Source of the DNA: Macrostomum lignano
Taxonomy: Eukaryota
Assembly: GCA_002269645.1 (NCBI GenBank)
Contig: NIVC01001670.1
Location: 145,091-209,090 of the forward strand
DNA: 64,000 nt
Direction of reading: 5' to 3'
Every line of letters starts with the position of its first letter. The stretch's first letter is position 1. The translations under genes were made by a program, and so were the position numbers. Under the pieces are notes generated by a model. The model searched no databases. It worked only from the letters and a program-made list of their open reading frames with translations, and was not told the DNA's origin. This document shows positions 25,016 to 37,239 of this stretch, one piece after another.

Positions 25016-25490
25016 ATGGGGTCGGCGAACTCTGGCCCGAGGGCCACATGCGGCCCTCAAAGCCTCTCTACCCTCTCCTCTCTCTCCCTTCTCTTCTCTT
25101 CTCTCCTCTTCTCTCCTCTCCGCTCTCCTCTCTCCTCTCTCTCCTCTCTCTCCTCTCTCTCCTCTCTCTCCGCTCTCTCCTCTTCTCTCCTCTTTTCTCT
25201 TCTCTCATCTCTCTCCCTCTCTCCTCTTCTCTTCTCTTTTCCTCTCTCCCCTCTTCACTCTCCCCCCCTCTCTCTCCTCTCTCCTCTCCACTCTCGCCTC
25301 TCTCTCCTCTTCTCTCCTCTTTTTTACCATTCTCTTCCCTTTCTCCTCTCTCCGCTCTCTTCTCTCCCCTCTCTCCTCTCGTCTCTCTTCTCTTATCTTT
25401 ATTCCCTCTCCTTTCCATTCTCATCTGGCCCGCAGCCATGAGCTGCATTCTCTATCTGGCCATTGAGGTAAGAAAGTTTGCCAACCCCTG
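25016..25490. mobile_element. hAT (Charlie-type) MITE with a CT-rich low-complexity interior
   Basis: Ends TGGGGTCGGCGAAC...GTTTGCCAACCCCTG with GGCCC subterminal motifs; flanks GTTTAATA / GTTTAAGC form an imperfect 8-bp TSD. Confidence 0.7.
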
Positions 25491-25805
25491 GTTTAAGCTG
25501 AGCTCGTCTGTTAGCCCGACAAGAAACTCGCATGCTCGTCTTCGTGAGGTTTCAGATTTTTTTACATTGAAATCAACAAAATCCTTGCCCCTGTCATAAC
25601 TATTTGGTGTTGTGTGCTCTGCTTGTCTGCTCCAAAGAAACCGCTTTTGGCTTAGAATTTTTTCACCTTAATCCTCTCTTGTGTTTGCACCTTTAACTGT
25701 ATGGTTAATTTTGAAGAAAAACACAGAAATATTAAATCGAACCGATCTCCAAGTTGAAAAGCTCGAATCCGCTTTCATAAATACCTGACTCGCCATAAGC
25801 CACTA

Positions 25806-26493
25806 AGACACGTCAGGAGCCTTCATGATAGCTAATAGTCTTTAGGATGCGAAGTAAACACACGTCAGGAGCCTTCATGATAGCTAATAGTCTTTAGGAT
25901 GCGAAGTAAACACACGTCAGGAGCCTTCATGATAGCTAATAGTCTAGGATGCGAAGTAAACACACGTCAGGAGCCTTCATGATAGCTAATAGTCTTTAGG
26001 ATGCGAAGTAAACACACGTCAGGAGCCTTCATGATAGCTAATAGTCTTTAGGATACGAAGTAAACACACGTCAGGAGCCTTCATGATAGCTAATAGTCTT
26101 TAGGATACGAAGTAAACACACGTCAGGAGCCTTCATGATAGCTAATAGTCTAGGATGCGAAGTAAACACACGTCAGGAGCCTTCATGATAGCTAATAGTC
26201 TTTAGGATGCGAAGTAAACACACGTCAGGAGCCTTCATGATAGCTAATAGTCTTTAGGATACGAAGTAAACACACGTCAGGAGCCTTCATGATAGCTAAT
26301 AGTCTTTAGGATACGAAGTAAACACACGTCAGGAGCCTTCATGATAGCTAATAGTCTTTAGGATGCGAAGTAAACACACGTCAGGAGCCTTCATGATAGC
26401 TAATAGTCTTTAGGATGCGAAGTAAACACATGTCAGGAGCCTTCATGATAGCTAATAGTCTTTAGGATGCGAAGTAAACACACGTCAGGAGCC
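25806..26493. repeat. 52-bp minisatellite (CACACGTCAGGAGCCTTCATGATAGCTAATAGTCTTTAGGATGCGAAGTAAA), about 13 copies
   Basis: Period 52 (25859, 25911); contiguous, no spacers. Confidence 0.95.
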
Positions 26494-27617
26494 TTTGCGT
26501 CACGCGAGTGTGTTTTTAGCCAAAGTAGTTTGTGTAGAAGAAGTGCATCATATTTCTCAGCGCATCTGCAATGATATGCATGACTGAGGCACAGGCCTTC
26601 CCTTTATTAATATGAAGCCCCAGATCATTTACATCAGAGATGTAAAAGTGATCGCGAACTGATTGAGACTTGCATGCAGGCTGAATGTTGGAGCAAATAC
26701 GAAATGCATTAGGAGAGGCTGAGGTCTGCGCTTCAGATGGGATCGAACGATGCAGAGTCTCAAAACCAGATTGATTAGTTCTGACCAGTAGCCATTTTGT
26801 TCCTAACGGAATTCAATCTGTTAGGATACACCTCAACCTGCAGCTGAGTACAGAAGCTTGTCCGCGCCAACAGCCAGACAATTGGGGCGTGGCTGGAGAG
26901 GCCGGCCGGCCTTTCGCGAGTTTCAACTGCGCGTAGGTGGGCAAAAATAGCCGAGCAGATTCGATGGGAGTGGCTCACATGGAATGAGACTGAATAAATT
27001 CGGCTGCTGAACAGCAGACAGTGGCCCTGAAAACTGACATAATTAATGATCAAAGGCACATAACCAAGGAATGACCTGAAGGAACTAACTGAATGATCAG
27101 AGGAAACTGTGCTCAACAACAAAACAACTATAAACTACTACTGTAGTTTCGCGGAAGCAGAATGGCCCACCTGATATTTCCTGCGCAGTGCACCGCCGGT
27201 CCGACAGGGAGAAAGTGGCCAAACTGAGCGCTTTTGGCTTTGATCGAATCGCCAATTAGGGAAGCGCAATTAGCGGCGCGACAGCAGGAGAGTCTTGATG
27301 GGGAATAGCCAGGGGCGGTTCTGCAGCGCAAAGCAGCTTCCTTTGCGGCTTCGCTTACTGCCGCGTTACAGAGCCGGATTTAAAATAGGCTCTGTGTGCT
27401 GACGCCATGTAGTTTTGGAAAAGCACTTGAGTAAAAGATCTGGGGGCAATCTAACAGACAGGTTGCTCTTCTCAAAGAGAATCTGAGCACAAAAGCTGTC
27501 GTCCTTGGTCTGTCCAGGGGTCTCAGGCTTCACCTGAACAAATGGGCACTCTATAAGCCAAGGCGTCCAAAATAGCAAAAAAATTTTGCTTGTTGCAATT
27601 TTAGTTCAACGCAAAGA

Positions 27618-28725
27618 AACTCCCGATCCACTCCAGAGAGTCACTCCCGAACCACTCCAGAGAGTCACTCCCGATCCACTCCAGAGAGTCACTCCCAATC
27701 CACTCCAGAGAGTCACTCCCAATCCACTCCAGAGAGTCACTCCCGATCCACTCCAGAGAGTCACTCCCGATCCACTCCAGCGAGTCACTCCAGATCCACT
27801 CCAGAGAGTCACTCCCGATCCACTCCAGAGAGTCACTCCCGATCCACTCCAGAGAGTCACTCCCGATCCACTCCAGCGAGTCACTCCAGATCCACTCCAG
27901 AGAGTCACTCCCGATCCACTTCAGAGAGTCACTCCCGATCCACTCCAGCTAGTCACTCCAGATCCACTCCAGCGAGTCACTCCCGATCCACTCCAGCGAG
28001 TCACTCCCGATCCACTCCAGAGAGTCACTCCCGATCCACTCCAGAGAGTCACTCCCGATCCACTCCAGAGAGTCACTCCCGATCCACTCCAGAGAGTCAC
28101 TCCCGATCCACTCCAGCGAGTCACTCCCGATCCACTCCAGCGAGTCACTCCCGATCCACTCCAGCGAATCACTCCCGATCCACTCCAGAGAGTCACTCCC
28201 GATCCACTCCAGAGAGTCACTCCCGATCCACTCCAGCGAGTCACTCCCGATCCACTCCAGCGAGTCACTCCCGATCCACTCCAGCGAGTCACTCCAGATC
28301 CACTCCAGCGAGTCACTCCCGATCCACTCCAGCGAGTCACTCCCGATTCACTCCAGCGAGTCACTCCCGATCCACTCCAGAGAGTCACTCCCGAACCGCC
28401 CCATAAAATCACTCCCGATCCACTCCCGAACCACTCCAGAGAGTCACTCCCGATCCACTCCAGAGAGTCACTCCCGATCCACTCCAGAGAGTCACTCCCG
28501 ATCCACTCCAGCGAGTCACTCCAGATCCACTCCAGCGAGTCACTCCCGATCCACTCCAGCGAGTCACTCCCGATCCACTCCAGCGAGTCACTCCAATCCA
28601 CTCCAGCGAGTCACTCCAATCCACTCCAGCGAGTCACTCCCGATCCACTCCAGCGAGTTACTCCAATCCACTCCAGCGAGTCACTGCCGATCCACTCCAG
28701 CGAGTCACTCCCGATCCGCTCCAGA
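27618..28725. repeat. 24-bp minisatellite (ACTCCCGATCCACTCCAGAGAGTC), about 45 copies
   Basis: Direct reading; yields the TPDPLQRV pseudo-ORF. Confidence 0.95.
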
Positions 28726-30436
28726 GAGCCAAATTTGAATCCCGATCCCTCCCGATCCCTTCTCTCGATCCCCAGACAATAGCGAATCTGATCCTACCAT
28801 AGCATAGCGCACAAAAAAGAGAATCGAAAGAGATGGAACCGGATTTTTAAGTGAAACAATTAGAGTAGGAAAGTCGACTGCGTCCTGTAAACTTCAAACT
28901 GCAACTTATCGGATTTCTCAAATTACCAAATCCACAGCCGCGGAAGCTGGGAACATAAAGCCCAACCAAATGATTCTTTTTGATTGATCCACTGATCCAC
29001 TGACCAAATGATTCCACTTTCAGCTGATTGCAGAGAAGAAAATTGTTTTGCATCTTTAGCAGTCAACACACGGCTGTGCTTGCCGGCTTGCACTTACACA
29101 AGGAGTTCTACATGCAGCATCAGGATAGGAAATTGACTGCAGTAAATTGATTAGCGCTCAAATTATAGCCGGTCTCAAAGCATGCGTGGTTGGATTTGCA
29201 AGAATTTAGTTTGCGCTTTCTTTGAAAGCAGATATTTATTTTTATTCGAGGCAGGGGCTGCGTGCACCCTGGCGCACTTCAAGCGACATTGTCACACGTT
29301 CCGCAGACTCCCCTGAGCAGGCACACAAGCACAAGCACACACAAGAGTGTGCAGCGGCCATAACTTAGCATGTACACAGGTACACTTCACTGTGCCTTGG
29401 GGGTTGGCCCTCAAGGCCGTTAATTGCACGAGCAGACCCAGGCCGAGATTCCAATTTAGCCCCAAATCAACGACTGCACTTGGAATCGAGCCTGGGCCGT
29501 TGGAGCGCCAGGCTTATTTATGCGGATTTTTCGGTTCCCAATCCAAATAGGCTGCTCCAGAGCTCCCTGACTTACTCATCAGCCGGGAACTAGGATTCGG
29601 GAAGAAGGGACACAACGAAAGGGGAGTCGCAGGCGCACCGGGGAGGAAATTAACTTATTTGGCCCGGCCACCTGGCAGCAGGTTGCATCAGAGACTCAAA
29701 AAGCTTCTTAAACGGACAGTGAAACCTTGAAATTAATCAAAAAATACACCCAGAAAGCTGCACTATTTAGGATTCGTTTTCCTAAGAGGCGAGGCAAGAC
29801 AGCGACGCGCAATTATAAATTTCAAATTCCAATCTATTTATTTAGTTATAAGCAGCAAAGAACAATTCTGACAGACAAGAGTGAGACAATATTGCTACTA
29901 CTAAATATATTACAGAATTTCTTCTCTATAGAAATATTTTGGTGCATAGCTCGTAGTGAAACGTCCAATAAGTAAATATGATTCTAACTGCACTACTGCT
30001 ACGAGTAGTAGGACAGTTCGAGAGCCCATCAACTAAATGAAACACTGTAATTTAATAAAGAAGGGCTAATATTCACAGAGACCCAAACCCCCTGGGGTGA
30101 ACATCTTTGGCCCAGGTCTCAGAAATACATTTAAAACACTGATGGGCCCACAGATACTAAAATAACAGGATATATCACTCGCAAAAGTGCGATCATTTAC
30201 AATATATATATATATATATATATATATGTTTTTTGAAGCTGCAACAGTCGCCACTGGCTTTCTACAATCAGACACGTTAAACTGGGATATTCATCCTGTT
30301 TTGCCGACTCTAGACTGAAGATTACAGAAGAACTTGAAAAAAACCTAATCCAGTGCGTGCATAGCGAGCAATCGAGAAAAGTGGTAGCGCCCCAGCCAGG
30401 CCGATAATGTTTGGCTTTCCTCTTGCCGGCTTGCGC

Positions 30437-30790
30437 CTGACTTTGACCTCTTTCCTTACTGCTCTCTCATTGGCTGAGCTAGATTGGGCCTGCCCCTGGC
30501 TGGGTTTCGTCCGTCTGACTTTGACCTCTTTCCTTACTGCTCTCTCATTGGCTGAGCTAGATTGGGCCTGCCCCTGGCTGGGTTTCGTCCGTCTGACTTT
30601 GACCTCTTTCCTTACTGCTCTCTCATTGGCTGAGCTAGATTGGGCCTGCCCCTGGCTGGGTTTCGTCCGTCTGACTTTGACCTCTTTCCTTACTGCTCTC
30701 TCATTGGCTGAGCTAGATTGGGCCTGCCCTAGGCTGGGTTTCGTCCGTCTGAATTTGAACTCTCTCCTTACTGCTCTCTCATTGGCTGAG
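30437..30790. repeat. 78-bp tandem repeat, about 4.5 copies, two ATTGG (CCAAT) motifs per unit
   Basis: Period 78 (30437, 30515, 30593, 30671, 30749). Confidence 0.93.
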
Positions 30791-31378
30791 TTTCGATCGC
30801 TTGTGTACATCGAGTTACATGCTTGTTGTTCATTCTTAACCCCGTATGCTCTTGAGGCCATAAACCCGGAAGAGAGGAAAGGAAATTTTAGCTACCACAA
30901 TAACGTTAAGAGTGATACTGCGTTTAAAAAAAGAGCAGACGCTCTAACTCTCACAACTGTAATTGCGGATGACATTTAGTTACTCTATCTACTAAGCATC
31001 TGTGAAATATATTGGCCTTTCTCCTTGTGCGACTCTATTGGCTCATTTATCCGCCTCTTAACCCATCCAACACGACCGCGTCTTCCAATAGTGAACCCCT
31101 CTACCCCCATTTTATTGCCTTCCTCAGCTATGTACATTGAGTGACGCTAGCCAATTTACATTATGACTGGCAGGCCTAGCCTACAATATTATTTCACTTT
31201 ACTAGCGCAAGCAACCGAATTGCCTTTTTTCATCCAAATCAAACAATAATTCTGTCGTGGCATAAAAATTTAGAAATTCATGCGCACTCATATGCCCAAA
31301 AGAAAGTAGACTGATTGCATTTTGCAAATAAAATTTAACAAACGACCTAACTAGTGTTTCTACTAACTAAGGCTCAAG

Positions 31379-33671
31379 TTAATCATCCAGTCCCAGCTGC
31401 AGCAGATCCGAGCCCACTATTGGCGGTGTCGGTGCAGCCGCTGCAGCCGCCGGGGAGGCCGACACGGGCCCAGACAGTCCCAGCAGGGGATTCTCCATGC
31501 CGACAGTCACGGAGCCCAACAGGGCGGCAGCTTCGGCGTGGTCGAATCGTCTGGAATCGACGGTCAGACCAAGGCGGACCAGCGGCGGCTCCGGACTGTC
31601 GCTGCTGACGCTCGCTGACGGAGTGCCGACAGTCAGCAGCAGGGGGGCCTCCGGATGCAGCACAAAGTGGGCGAACTGAACGGCCGGCTGGTCGGAGAGG
31701 TCGCACACTCTGAATTTTTATGAAACGCGTTCGATTTTTCATTAAACCTACTAACAGTAGTTTGCAAAAACAGTAAACTAATTTTTTAAATGGTTAACGA
31801 AGAAAAAATCTTTAACAATGAATCTAGTCAATGTATGGGAATTGCTGAGATTCAGTGGCTCAAGGGGGAATTGCTGAGATTCAGTGGCTCAAAGGGGAAT
31901 TGCTGAGATTCAGTGGCTCAAGGGGGAGTTGCTGAGATTCAGTGGCTCAAAGGGGGAATTGCTGAGATTCAGTGGCTCAAAGGGGGAATTGCTGAGATTC
32001 AGTGGCTCAAATGGGGAGTTGCTGAGATTCAGTGGCTCAAGGGGGAGTTGCTGAGATTCAGTGGCTCAAGGGGGAATTGCTGAGATTCAATGGCTCAAGG
32101 GGGAATTGCTGAGATTCAGTGGCTCCAGGGGGAATTGCTGAGATTCAGTGGCTCAAAGGGGGAATTGCTGAGATTCAGTGGCTCAAGGGGGAGTTGCTGA
32201 GATTCAGTGGCTCAAGGGGGAATTGCTGAGATTCAGCGGCTCAAAGGAGGAATTGCTGAGATTCAGTGGCTCAAGGGGGAATTGCTGAGATTCAGTGGCT
32301 CAAGGGGGAATTGCTGAGATTCAGTGGCTCAAAGGGGGAATTGCTGAGATTCAGTGGCTCAAAGGGGGAGTTGCTGAGTTCAATGCCTTTTGGCCCGAGA
32401 CTAACTGTAATAAAAGCATCTGTCATGACTCATGCGATAAACAGCTCGGAGATCGCATGCCAACTCACACAGCCGCTAGCGGGCCGGAGTCGCTGCTGGC
32501 AACCACCGCCTCTGCCAGGCGCCTGTCAATCTCGCGCAGGCCCATCGCTTGGGCGCGCGGCAGCCGGACTAGTCTGGGCAGAGCCGGCGCCGCCAGCAGC
32601 AGGGCGCCAATGTTCACCGGATCGCCCCCGGAGCCACCGCCGGACAGCGCGCTGGCCAGGGCGCGCACAGCCAGGGCGACAATCGAGGAGGGGGCGCCGG
32701 AGGCGGGCAGACGCGGCCTGCAGGAGGCGGTGGCGTAGGCGTGCGGCGCGGCCGACTTGATGGCCGCCTGGAGGGCCGCCCAGTCGCGCAGGCCGGGCGC
32801 CACGGGATGGTCCAGGTAGCCCGGCTGGGTCCGCGGCTCCAGGGGCCGCATCGACGGCCGGCTGGCGGAGTCAGCGGCGGGGGCGCCGGGGACAGCGGCG
32901 GGGGCGGCGGGGACAGCGGCAGGGGTGGCGGGGACAGCGGCAACCCCTGCAGACGGGGCGGAAGCGGCAGCAGCTACGGCAGCAGGCGGAGCGGATTTGA
33001 CCTGGGCGAGAACGTCTGACTTCAGCAGGGTGCCGTGCGGCCCGGTGGCGCGCAGGTCGGCAGGGGTCAGGCGATGCAGCCGAATGAGCAGCTGGGCGGC
33101 CGGGCCGATGCGGCGAGGCGGCGAGGCTGTTGACGATGGTGGCGGCGTCGACGATGTTGAAGGCGAAGTTGAAGGCGGGGCAGCGGCAGAGGGCGGCTTA
33201 TCGGCTGCAGTGGCCAGCTTGGCGGCCTCTGAAGCCACGGCTTGCCAGTCCTCGCCGGGGTCGGCCATAATGGCGATGACGTCGCCAACTGAGCCGGCGG
33301 AGCCGTCGGCGCGGAGCACCCGGGCCAGGACGCCTTCGTCGTCAAATTCGAAGGACACGACCGCCTTGTCGGTTTGAATGTCGCACAGAATGTCGCCGGG
33401 CTGCACCGTATCGCCCTCGGCTTTGTGCCACTTCACAATGGTGCCCTCGGACATTGTGGGAGACAGGGAGGGCATGCGCACGCTGGTGGAGTCTGTGCAG
33501 TTGGGGGGGGGGGCGGAGTAGCGGATTGTTAGAATTTGTGAGGGCGAGGCTGTTACAGAGTTCGAGTCTGATTTCTATTTGGTTGCATCATATCCTACTG
33601 GCACCTTTTTGGACCAAGTGGCTTTGCAGTATGCTTATGCTAGTTGTGTTCAATTCCATTGCAGAGGCCAT
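31379..33671 (-). CDS. PDHX: Pyruvate dehydrogenase protein X component (E3-binding protein); exons 33492-32469 and 31709-31379, plus a tentative 5' exon 33671-33605
   Basis: Lipoyl domain MPSLSPTMSEGTIVKW...IQTDKAVV; E3-binding domain IGPAAQLL...ATGPHGTLLKSDVL; inner domain with PHAYATASC and DSRRFD (Ser where E2 has the catalytic His). Intron 32468-31710 is GT-AG, phase 2-2. The 5' end/transit peptide is unresolved. Confidence 0.88.
31837..32380. repeat. 29-30-bp minisatellite (GGGGGAATTGCTGAGATTCAGTGGCTCAA), about 18 copies, in the PDHX intron
   Basis: Direct reading. Confidence 0.95.
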
Positions 33672-34569
33672 GGCAAGGCAAAGTTACCCCACTACTTTCT
33701 GCATCGCAAGAAAAACATCTTCTAACACATATAGCATACAACACAATGTAGCATATTGAGACATCTGGCACTAGCATCAAGCTAGTAGGTACACTACTTA
33801 TTCTTTCTATTAACTTAAAAAAAGCATTTATAGATCTAGGAAATATGTTTTATAAAATTTTAAAATAAAGAGGACATTTAAACTACACTAAACACTAGAG
33901 ATCATATAGGATCATTTTGAGGATTAGGAATTTATCTTTACCGCTACTAAGACCTAATAGATTTATTAAAGACTTAGTGAAGGTTACATTTTTTGTTTCT
34001 TTATTAAAAACCAACAAAAATGTCTTAAAAAAAATATTAGCCAAAATAAATCATAAATAATATAACCAAGGCAAGAAATTTCCTTATTTTGCTTTAGAAC
34101 TAATATTTTATCTAAATAAAAGCCAATCCCTTCTTTACTTTTTCAATATTGGACTAAAATTTACCAATTTATAAGTTTCTAAGTAGAGCTAAGTGAGCAA
34201 CATAGATTAAAATTTTTTTTTTAAATTGCAAAAATGTAACATTTTCCTAGTATAGACTTTAGTAATTGTTCTTAATTTATTGTAACTGTATTGTATATAC
34301 TTTTAAATAATAAACTACAAACTAAGATTAGATATGGCTACTAAAGTTAAAATTGGATTGCTTATCAAAAAGCATAGACATCAAAATGTCAAATTTCTAA
34401 TAGATGTCTACACAATCCTAATAAATATTGAACTTGTTTTAATATTGAGAAAATAGCTTAGCATTTTAATGATTCAAATTAAGCTATTTTTACTAAATCT
34501 TAAGTATGAGGGTCAGTCAAAAAGTAATGATAATTTTGTTCTCACGAGTGTCAAACTTTAAATGGAAAT

Positions 34570-35788
34570 CTACTTTTCAACATAGTCCCCCTCAAGGGTC
34601 AGGCACTTCTCCATGCAGTATTGCCATCTCTCCGGGCTGTTTGCGTAGAACTCAGGAGGCTGTGCAGCAAGCCACTGTACAGTAGCCTTTTTGGCAGCCT
34701 CTTTGTCCTCATCTTGGACTCCTTTGATTGCTTCCTTCAGCTTGGGAAGCAAAAAAAGTCCAAAAGAGCCAAACCAGGGCTATATGGAGGATGCTGGAGG
34801 ATTTCCCAGCAGAAATCTTGCAGGGCTTCATGGCAGAACCAAGAAGTGTGAGCTGGTGCATTGTCATGGTGAAAGAGAATCCCAAGGTGCAACTTGCCAT
34901 GTTGCTTTTTGGCCAGTTTGGTGTGGAGCTTTTACAGAAGCGACTCATAATAGGTGGCATTGATGATCTTCTGGCTTTCCAAGAAGTCCACCATCACCAC
35001 TCATTCAACATCCCAGAGAATTGTTGCCAAGACTCATAATAGGTGGCATTGATGATCTTCTGGCTTTCTAAGAAGTCCACCATCACCACTCATTCAACAT
35101 CCCAGAGAATTGTTGCCAAGACTCATAATAGGTGGCATTGATGATCTTCTGGCTTTCCAAGAAGTCCACCATCACCACTCATTCAACATCCCAGAGAATT
35201 GTTGCCAAGACCATTCCGCATGGAACTTCTTGGGGCCTGCTGAATCTTGTGGCAGCCACTCCTTGGAATGGACCTTGGACTCGGGATTGTACTGAAATAT
35301 TCATGTTTCATCCTTGGTCACTAAGCGCTGGTAACTGTTTTCTGAATCAGCGTCCAAGCGGTTCAGCAGGTTGATGGTGCACTCAGTGCACTGAACCCAG
35401 TGTTCAGGCCGCAACAGCCGCAGGACCCAGCAAGCACTCAGCTTGCTCAGACCAAGATAGTCGATCACAATGGAGTGAGCACTGCCATGGGAAATGCCCA
35501 CTTTGTCAGCAATATTGTCTATGGTCACGCGCCGATCCAGCTCAATCACTGGCTACATAGCTACCACATTTTTTCCCCTGTGCGCAATTTTGTGGGCCTT
35601 CCTGACTGCTAGGCATCTTCTGTGGACTCTCAGCCTTCCTTAAAAGCCTGAATCCAGCAGTAAATGGTTGGATCTAGTGGAGCAATGTCCCTATAGACCT
35701 TCAAAGCGTCAATGATTTTGGCTGGCTTCCAACCAAGCTATACAAGAAATGTCACATCATTACAAGCTTTGATTTTTGAATTTTCCAT
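34570..35788 (-). pseudogene. Degenerate mariner DD34D-type transposase
   Basis: N-terminus MENSKIK...WIQAFKEG*...SGRP, WVLR (WVPR motif), LVTKDET, HDNAPAH, HPPYSPGLALLDF; in-frame stops, frameshifts and an 89-bp triplication at 34942-35210. Confidence 0.92.
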
Positions 35789-35851
35789 TGTTTAAAGGGT
35801 ATACTATGGTTAGAGTGTCACCATGCAGGCATCAATCACTTTAGAACAGGG

Positions 35852-37239
35852 CCATAGTCAGGAAGGTGGCAAGTGCATGCGGGAATCAATTTATGGAAAA
35901 ATCCTTGGTGCACACCAATGTACGCCAATTTTTTAAAACCCTTAACATGATGTTTCTGTTGCACGCCAAAAATCTTGAATACCAAAAATCATGTACGCCT
36001 CATGTACGTGTGATTTGAATATTAACCGTATCAAGGACGACTTAAGTAGAAGGACGGGAAACCTCGTTTCTTAGAAAAGTTTTGAAGGCACTTTTTCCCG
36101 AAAAAATACACTACGGAGATAGGAAGTTTTCATTTTTTCAGCACAAAAATTGTTATTGCGTTTGATAGGAGGCAGATCCAGTGTTTATCTTTTAATATGT
36201 TGTGCCTTTTTATTGCTCTATCAATATTTATAAAGCTTTTCGTTCAAAAAATTAGGATTCTATGTTAATTTTTTATTCTACATATATTTCCTGTATCTAA
36301 AAATCACAAAAATGCATAACACAGCTCCAATATTTGGTTTTATGAACCTATTTTATCATCTCTGTTACAAATATTTGCTACACAGTCGGGTAAGAATGAT
36401 AAAAAAGACTCATGAAGCTAAAGAGCCGAGCTGTGGCGTTCTAATGTATTTCAAGCACAAGACACGCGAAAATATACATAGAATAAAAAATTACCATAGA
36501 ATCCTAATTTTCTGAACAAAAAGCTTTATAAATATCGATAGAGCAATAAAAAAGGCAAAACATATCAAAAGATGAACACTGGATCTGCCTCCTATCAAAC
36601 GCAATAACAATTTTTGTGCTGAAAAAATGAAAACTTCCTATCTCCGTAGTGTATTTTTCGGGAAAAAGTGCCTTCAAAACTTTTCTAAGAAACGAGGTTT
36701 CCCGTCCTTCTACTTAAGTCGTCCTTGAACCGTATTAGATACTATTTTTAAATAAATTTTCTACTTACGTTAAACAAAGTTTATATAAAAAAGGAAATTC
36801 GCTACAAAGAACATAGTGAGTATCAAAAACTTTTTCTTCACATTTCAAGAAACAAATAAACTAAAAGTCTACAAGAGTCACAAAATAAGAGCATTTAAAA
36901 GTTATTGGATATTTTAATTTTAATGTAGGCTGTAGAGTGTAGGCCTGGCTGTAGGCTAGGCTGTAGCCTCAACTAGTTGGTTTAATCAATATTCAAATTC
37001 AATTGTTCACGTTTAACTTTATATATTGTATATAGTGTATACATCTATATCTGACTTGTTGATATACTGTCAGTTTGTAATTGCACGCCAAGGTTACATG
37101 TCAAGTAAAAAACTTGTACGCTGAAAATTTAGGCGTGGCTTGAGACCCCTATTTGCACGCCAATTTTGCACGCCAAAATTTTAGCGTGGCTTGTGCATGC
37201 GGGAAAATTCTCACGTGCAGGCTACCTTCCTGAGTATGG
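35852..37239. mobile_element. Non-autonomous DNA transposon with 19-bp TIRs (CCATAGTCAGGAAGGTGGC) and 8-bp TSD; P- or hAT-superfamily
   Basis: 17/19 TIR match; exact TSD GAACAGGG at 35844-35851 and 37240-37247, straddling the hAT TSD/TIR junction; repeated TGCACGCCAA subterminal motifs. Confidence 0.85.
36032..36727. mobile_element. 696-bp foldback MITE with about 260-bp inverted arms starting CAAGGACGAC (P-element-like ends)
   Basis: Arms are near-perfect reverse complements; exact 8-bp TSD AACCGTAT at 36024-36031 and 36728-36735. Confidence 0.92.

Noticed and set aside
25806-26493. Regular 52-bp (and 32-, 41-, 49-bp) arrays as CRISPR
   Set aside because: Units are contiguous with no unique spacers, there are no cas genes, and the context is eukaryotic
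27586-28782. 398-aa ORF of TPDPLQRV repeats
   Set aside because: Translation of a 24-bp minisatellite; the opposite strand is also open, there is no unique domain, and the frame drifts near the end
29470-29515. B-box-like GGCTCGATTCC on minus as tRNA/SINE
   Set aside because: Mismatch in the box, no A-box or cloverleaf
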